Source: Candidatus Thorarchaeota archaeon
Lineage (GTDB): Archaea > Asgardarchaeota > Thorarchaeia > Thorarchaeales > Thorarchaeaceae
Assembly: GCA_048882385.1 (NCBI GenBank)
Contig: JBHLRQ010000050.1
Coordinates: forward strand, 1-21,807
Direction of reading: 5' to 3'
DNA length: 21,807 nt
How positions within the stretch are numbered: position 1 is the first letter of the stretch; the number at the start of each line of letters is the position of its first letter. Shown piece by piece: positions 19,601 to 21,807 of this stretch. The notes beneath the pieces were generated by a model. It was not told the DNA's origin. It saw nothing but the letters and a program-made list of their open reading frames with translations, and did no database searches. A program made the translations under genes and the position numbers.

Positions 19601-21807
19601 TTTGATGCCAAGTGCATACTCCAAGTCAAAAAGGGACCAGTCACCAAGACCAATTGGGAACTTGCCTGAGAATCCTAATAGGTCATCAAGACCTGCAAAT
19701 AATCCTTCAATAGTATCCTCAATGTCATCAAGGACTGGATTAATCAGACCACTCAGCCAATCGAACACCTTCCCAAGGAGCCATTTCACACCATTGGTGA
19801 AAATGTCCTTGATATCCATGAAGAACTCGAGTGTGTCTTCTAGCATGGATTCATCGAAACCTACTCCTAGAAGTCCTTCCGCATACCCAAGTATCTCATT
19901 GATGACCTCCGTGGAGGTTGGCATGTCTTCTTTACTGATGCCAAATGCATCAGGGAAGAAGGACTGCAAAAGTTTCAGGAAAGCATCGATTGGGACATCA
20001 TCAAATGCTGGTAACGAGCCTACAAGTGAACCAGCAGCCATTAGAACCGATTGCATTATACCTTGGAATGATTGACCTTTAATGCCCTGAATCATTGTGA
20101 TGATGCCGCCAACTATCTGTCCAGCAGTATCCAAAACGCTTTCAGAGCCCGGCAGGCCGCTAATGACATCTTCAACATCCAGATACGATAAGACATTCTT
20201 TATCATGGTCGGAGCATCACTAAGTTCAGCAACGAAATTGCTGACAGTCTTACTGACCATGTTCTTCAGAGCTTCACTATCGGATACTAGAGCAATGAGA
20301 CCCATGATTGGCTTTACTGCACTATTAAGCGCCTCAATTACCTGAGCTGCATCACCTCCTCCTATGACTTCATTAATTAAATCTGCAGCAATTTCGAATA
20401 AGTCAGGTAGTTGATTCTTGTCAAAGGCTTCATTGAAGAAACCGGTAAGCATGGTCATGGTGTCTCGAATAACATCTTTGATCGCTTGTGTAGCACCACT
20501 TGTTTCTGAATCGAGGATACTAGAGATTTGTGACTTGAAACCGTTGACATCACTAAAAGCTCCTTCTTGGAACGATTTGATGACTGCCATCATCTGTTTT
20601 GCAAGGTCTTCGGCACCACCTGGGATGTTCGATGGTCCAACAATCTCCTCCAGCATCTCGACCCCGAACTCCAGGAAAGATGTTGTGTCAAAATCATCGA
20701 GTAGGTCGAAGGCAGACATACCCATCTTCACGATAGACATAACCTTGTCAACAGCATCACTCAATCCCGACACTGAGAGGATTGATCCCAGAAGGTCAGT
20801 GCCTATTGTTTGTATAAACTTCACGAAGTCCTTGCCTGAGAGGAAGTCAATTGTGGCTTCCACGAAACTGATGATTCGCGGAAGTAGAGTTGAGACCTGA
20901 CCAGAGGTCATTCCAAGTGTTGCAGCAAGAGTCTTGTTCAGAAATGCCTGTAGAGTGTTCTTTGTGAAGAAACTGAATATTGTATCAAATACACCTTTAC
21001 CTTCAGAAACAACATTACTAATGACGTCCCAGAGACCATCCTCGGTACCAAGAATCTGGCCAATGAAGTCTTTAACCATCTGAGGAACAGAATCAGGTAA
21101 GAGCGCCGTAATGAGCTCTCCAACTATTTCCAATATACTAGTAATATCACCTCTGAAGTTGAAGAGAGCTTTCAATATAATGTTCAAGTAGTCCTTGAAC
21201 TCTGCCATGAATGGAAACTCATTCGCTATAGCTTGTACAATTGATTTTAGTGGAGAATCAAGATCGAAGTCTTTCACAATTCCTATAATTGGTTCAAGAA
21301 CTTCGAACAAACCCTTGATGGTTTCTATGAGGTCTGTGGGTATAGATATTACAGTTGAACCGGAGTCTCCCAAGACACTCAAAAGAACATCAATTATCTC
21401 ACCAATAGGTCCTCTGAGAGCAGAGAGTAGAGGAATCTCACCAAGAATATAGTCACTAGATGATAATTCTGAAGCAGAACTGATTTTTATTGCAGGTGAG
21501 AAGTCTTCAGGTAGATTCTCCTCCTCAACATCGACCAGCTTTCCTTCTTCACTCATCTGATAGAATGCAGGCTCTATGGTGGGAGCATGCTCTGCCCACA
21601 TGGCATCAGTTCTCTTTTGCAGATCCTCCTCATCAATCTCACCTACAGCATCGACCGGTTCAATGCTTCTCTCAAAGAAAGTTTGGAAGTTATCGCCATA
21701 AATTTTCAATGCGATGGTTCTCAAATCACCAGCAGCGTTTTCGTAGTCACTTCTAACATCCGCTCTTGTTGAAATTGCCTCATGAATTGTCCACATATCA
21801 AAGAATG
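7655..21807 (-). CDS. Giant (>4,716 aa) multi-pass cell-surface protein with TSP3-like and FG-GAP/VCBS-like repeats; 5' end probably beyond the right window edge
   Basis: One uninterrupted 14.1-kb frame. Upstream of ATG 21796 the frame stays open to the edge (..TTC TTT GAT ATG) and the visible N-terminus has no signal peptide, so the gene is probably truncated by the window. Repeat motifs and three hydrophobic helices are visible in the translation. Confidence 0.93.
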   Translation of the reverse strand, partial: FFDMWTIHEAISTRADVRSDYENAAGDLRTIALKIYGDNFQTFFERSIEPVDAVGEIDEEDLQKRTDAMWAEHAPTIEPAFYQMSEEGKLVDVEEENLPEDFSPAIKISSASELSSSDYILGEIPLLSALRGPIGEIIDVLLSVLGDSGSTVISIPTDLIETIKGLFEVLEPIIGIVKDFDLDSPLKSIVQAIANEFPFMAEFKDYLNIILKALFNFRGDITSILEIVGELITALLPDSVPQMVKDFIGQILGTEDGLWDVISNVVSEGKGVFDTIFSFFTKNTLQAFLNKTLAATLGMTSGQVSTLLPRIISFVEATIDFLSGKDFVKFIQTIGTDLLGSILSVSGLSDAVDKVMSIVKMGMSAFDLLDDFDTTSFLEFGVEMLEEIVGPSNIPGGAEDLAKQMMAVIKSFQEGAFSDVNGFKSQISSILDSETSGATQAIKDVIRDTMTMLTGFFNEAFDKNQLPDLFEIAADLINEVIGGGDAAQVIEALNSAVKPIMGLIALVSDSEALKNMVSKTVSNFVAELSDAPTMIKNVLSYLDVEDVISGLPGSESVLDTAGQIVGGIITMIQGIKGQSFQGIMQSVLMAAGSLVGSLPAFDDVPIDAFLKLLQSFFPDAFGISKEDMPTSTEVINEILGYAEGLLGVGFDESMLEDTLEFFMDIKDIFTNGVKWLLGKVFDWLSGLINPVLDDIEDTIEGLFAGLDDLLGFSGKFPIGLGDWSLFDLEYALGIKANFAIDLNPIFDMIVSMIFDAREVFSTENIGDFFKTILSFFEISPQFYAELGIGGFDTEKNALMKTMLTSLGLKLSFEGSARFVVNLFTFRGGMFEWDNFFKIVEWSLHIKIHIGKVFTLLDFLTAGVGGGALNAVAEFLGLDMITVEVYFEIAIDIVKKAATAVAPEVSSMTLTIIFGVAVHIPIELIIVAITIDGTLEIILTFFQDFADPAPMKITLRLIFTIKVKFRFLMFSDSAKFTWEPGGPWDLSPNKGEAEYNESGVGFDTDGDGLGDPFEDATPGLDKNKADTDDDGANDKLEFQTMKTDPSNPDSDGDGLLDGREWDLGTNPMREDTDWDDVDDYKEVEVYGTNPLEQDSDGDGLTDAYEIYTKLDISNVTPTVTEIIIGGESYNDRTDPLNPDTDGDGLLDGDEGPMGAYYGDPSLYNDTEDTSTETGWAMDPDPLIFNGGFTHPLDADTDDDSALQLYNGVVDSQAYLFLKDMNDGAEVAGFTIIVYDEEGEPENKHVFTNPCNPDTDGDTGVTDRTPQPGMWLNSDGYELAQTPPTDPTDGDSDDDGILDGLEGVLNPYSNHTNPNDPDTDDDGLFDLQEILLGSDPREQDTDGDMISDGDEFYTFFTNPNVWDSDFDGLGDGEEVYFWHTNPMTDDSDADMIYDGDEVLVYGSDPMDEDSDNDGLTDYEEIFVYYTDPFDYDTDDDLLSDGEEIELYDCDPLSWDTDGDSITEPNELGEMTFPLNDYQEVNGFYIYKMNESGFLYQEWVYTNVTESDTDEDGLSDAMELYLASGIVPWLDPIPLDPTNKDTDHDFIPDGAEMAIENVSGLIYPYRAMTLVFRYNTSPVDRDSDDDLLIDYQEVMIFNTNPANNDTDNDTITDWWETWVYNTSALYNDTDGDELYDFEETLVEVWPYGPWPPSNWSLGMEPAEMYALAESTPFIIADESPILRYVPSQAIYTTLATDPDCDDDWLPDGAEVNFYHTDPLNDDSDGDSIPDTLEFDTDFDGLPDGIEFELKLYRLGGGIFDQDSDGDGVSDGTEYYVYGTDPASVDSDGDGYPDGLEIAIGTDPLAFTSETDYEQAITISRSEASMDILMPQALVTNAQTVDVNVLNFTPFVSMEFRYNTSSGWSDNFTMSYNPATMTWTYTDMYWNVGTYELQVFAVDYFDEEYMAIRTFTVGATPTYPEPISPLVYLAIGMGVGVFAILFLLYGVPMILKYRKKRRGEEPGEKPPELAALTEDIPEEETKESTKKKSSSTKKEPKDKTSKKKKSKKGGSSLAVMFIGLTFLGMLLVGSFGYVPSAPMNGTDEDSAFDQYPAGWEDLSPDLQSKIAEMFNPTVHNMPSDQDIGQVLGDRANDYAMNYEPWRSKAAIHAIAYDEDTGFLALGGGYLYDNQIHVFRLNTQTKLWDKVWDTGDSVFQSDVMALDFGDTDLNNLIEIVAGCSDGFVYVFEQRHLYDPYANMENQFDHVWTSPDMFRVFSLKVDDVDRDYRPDIIAGGWDGKLHLFEYDKHSGYPFVEEHWITYDEVATLDVGEKIYSLETGDTNYNGLPEIICGSRDGTVYVFENDGLSIMINGQPFPLIYDNHYYLNWTSENYTWTPIQSMAVGELDNTPGDEIVLVAQGQGVFTLEWNAGTKTYDYQKVYREFKPWETFGFWGLDNYVDRVIYAHNVTYHDPVNITIIENEPIQYVWNEGLSIFEPDASVYPFNSGMAGPVHHGGVLDGNFSNFNAFLVGVDNATAILDFGLDEEGTGGANSNDDLSIYFKAGTDLSHLSSDFWFYISQDGTDWELIPSDRFNPGVDVVGVDVDTSLSQRRWDWFRYAKIMVNNSGFYQVNGIELEQVYNTLTDALSITIGPLRLDGMSYLQGLDEPIKIIVGSVTGEINAIMYNSTTSEYDVIYDSGDDSFYTFGANIWDMVYVGNEPDVPTWNWQYGMPWTPDVATTYNSWSYATLNPWLFGSSTFNYLMGTNEGQIRAFSVPDVVPIASPPELDLTTQAYFNNINVEIPIEGWLNVSVEAPLFVDGYDVVNEYSVWPFIALGLFNPSIPIESIPLTVEEDAPSRATVVFYYRDSDTQPFNHRINLVEIDTTGELTELINLAKVEPKLDFADFDGDGDLDFVVSNGYVHMARNMWYESGALNFTYVRGYFNEINAKETSKIWGQPELVDIDSDGDLDIILSYANKMGATCWINEGTAEDPVWVEDKKIMSNPLPETNMKYQNFTDIRIVPKLGGYLSGYTLERWYEYWGWDMDFNWTIAGYREWNQRMGWAAPEFDTTESYIVASYPRVAQLDFSLMSSAADGWELYNNIGFHVHESWSNDDDLEEWTLSIDTGDIDGDGKGELIVGDYDNNVYVFEHLTMNNYKRMFRSFDLNHTTVTDVSPYLYEDLEGISGDFNRRIWDHAKHLVADVDLDRDGLKELVVASDLQIYIFEDAGLYGGDLLTYQYSIDLRDSVWADRYAFVNLVTEITAMAAGDDLDYNGELELAVAAGPYLFIYNIPVGDFDGFEDKEFFVTSPSLEGRYYLVGNPEFSEFRYYYINAMTLCDTDQDGYKEVLIGGVEDTRLIRQNGFVQIYECQGGTFYKVWEAPSEVTYWNPVSALALDDQDMDGSQEIVIGHTNGFDLWEWIPGSDSQYQKVEYVTASPNYPIVPLRSTAYDTGDFPNAITTERSIKDMAHGVYGAMAEGILMLYENGQEIWFQWYNETADDWTWGVKWMDQVGLAYTTNLSTIVAETRPSVLIPSTGDIYASWEVWDSGGQHYIALCWGDVSAGVWHGPILWPDTYGIQPIGTTFYDRYYPSLFEYNSSHVGIVFMYDAYNIFFGSVYGRVGAAFIANDLSGAWTNNHPNFNDMTYFQTHDVDVVKLNDGNFSIAMSAVYTRSGKADHDVWVVTSIHDFNFTGANPHQATTSYDDEMFVSIDELESEEVAIVVTYETIGVELEDRIGMVSSITRGREWSAQETLNTIPRYISRTEMPGGYVYYYIEGSPFPIYQLSIFSPTVIGTDESGFMYSATFNYKIYIPPGVISDKGFWYCIHDIVYGINPQSDWTMNHLRDVIDLDVGDTDSDGRREVVVGFEDQFAVYEMKHSTNGTGFMSYEEAWLSNSFDNPITGVSVYDTNGNGWEDIGVSSKRGDVYIFEYIDPSEGPISLWYSEQLWSYPTSGDQNPLIDGLLYPDLLQAYDLDQDEREEIILASYDLGIIEAIDEYGSQIWINADDATDGFSNVILSDLDLNGISEIICTSKDSNLYVFDITTGDLVWSYIDAVNPLVSVITGDLTGDINDEIVFTDDSGYIHVLNYTGGLLSSYSTGGTYIFSMLIGNFTNAPEQQLAYVTYNETLIVMNPLNGSIYYKSPDSTATPYAGLVPYDFNHDGFEDLIYAYSWVQSSVTFGQVHILDVLTSSIDYNSTINIGLTHEFYVYDFDGDSSLEILSATLDQGLYLEEMASTNIQWHYNLTGVNHMIWDVDFGNAGGTGGLDIFIAASVYLNDVGIVAAIDGKNGIPLWFNFTGGDLGEVIAANVSGSEIDTLVVWDMQNEQLITVSGVEPTELVVPPSYENHEVYWELEVNSVYGVWVDDIFGTSLDEIVVAGRNTDGKYSLALVDGLTMQVEWNITFDSKISDVQIGYINDWNTKDLAVWTGLRDLYVIDGVDGQALLHISALDTHEIRGVRVADFSDAAGYDYEEIAVLIRQWSGGSEVYIEWYDGVGNALYDTKADGFTSTATSYRMAVGNFRGGTTADIAMGASIFSARIYNGGNGALFTTVTPTSTYGLAAGDFNGDGSADLAVMDSGSDIHMFEFIGGGSITLNFATGMVREFFAGDLYNNDSVDEVVVNLEREGAIAYSFSGTEVWRYNAPLVMGGKDTRIIIEDMNADGWSDLVLTNKEYINVVDGSTARLLWHYWKEDLSSNFDPCVGHFYSTSSRDVLCYGNDMVYIVAHEVTAPPVPPPAPLFQTEAVHSPLELWLLVGLGCFQLIIAASPHSKRYLRFKKREDT
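7658..7815 (-). other. C-terminal Pro-rich stalk, membrane anchor and basic tail of the giant protein
   Basis: APPVPPPAP, then LELWLLVGLGCFQLIIAAS, then PHSKRYLRFKKREDT-stop. Confidence 0.7.
7830..15510 (-). repeat. FG-GAP/VCBS-like (integrin-alpha-type) Ca-binding beta-propeller repeats in the giant protein
   Basis: About 29 copies by hand count of (G/A)D-h-(D/N)-x-DG-x-x-(D/E)-h-h-h, e.g. FADFDGDGDLDFVVS, TGDIDGDGKGELIVG, VGDTDSDGRREVVVG, PYDFNHDGFEDLIYA, AGDFNGDGSADLAVM, IEDMNADGWSDLVLT. C-terminal copies carry PQQ-like 'D..TG.L.W' blade ends. Boundaries are approximate. Confidence 0.85.
15719..16042 (-). other. Internal transmembrane hairpin of the giant protein (TM1, 61-aa charged loop, TM2)
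   Basis: LVYLAIGMGVGVFAILFLLYGVPMIL (16042-15965), then KYRKKRR...TKKKSSSTKKEPKDKTSKKKKSKKGGSS, then LAVMFIGLTFLGMLLVGSFGY (15781-15719). Confidence 0.85.
16400..18802 (-). repeat. Thrombospondin type-3-like (prokaryotic TSP3) Ca-binding repeats in the giant protein
   Basis: About 26 copies by hand count of D(T/S)DxDGxxDxxE....(G)T(D/N)P, e.g. DSDGDGLLDGREWDLGTNP, DSDNDGLTDYEEIFVYYTDP, DSDGDGYPDGLEIAIGTDP. The copies are diverged at the DNA level. Confidence 0.88.

Noticed and set aside
18538-21772. Series of plus-strand ORFs up to 227 aa (18594-19277, 19497-20075, 20418-20900 and others)
   Set aside because: They are antisense shadows of the giant gene, Ser/Pro-rich from mirrored Asp/Gly/Glu codons, with no recognisable motifs.
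19673-21807. Phage tape-measure protein or provirus
   Set aside because: The helical composition is superficially similar, but the region is in frame with TSP3 repeats and membrane anchors, and no viral genes or integrase are present in the window.

Overview
This 21.8 kb window is gene-dense and looks archaeal: GAGGTGA/GGTGA Shine-Dalgarno sites, TATA-like promoters and heavily sequon-decorated surface domains. An Asgard (Thorarchaeota-like) source is my inference from protein style and is not demonstrated. The left third holds a partial Mo/W-bis-PGD oxidoreductase on the minus strand (absent from the ORF track), divergent from a PadR regulator, a BtrH-like papain-fold protein, a PduO-type cobalamin adenosyltransferase and a 1.1k-aa GNAT-fusion protein. 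A small EF-Tu-domain-II-like gene converges on these. The right 14.1 kb is one uninterrupted minus-strand ORF of more than 4,700 aa that runs off the window edge. Its order is: amphipathic helical region, hydrophobic beta region, ~26 TSP3-like Ca-binding repeats, Ig-like domain, TM1, charged cytoplasmic loop, TM2, ~29 FG-GAP/VCBS-like repeats with inserted discoidin-like and BNR-like modules, Pro-rich stalk, TM3. This giant two-ectodomain membrane protein is the main candidate for an undescribed system. I saw no RNA genes, CRISPR arrays or mobile elements.
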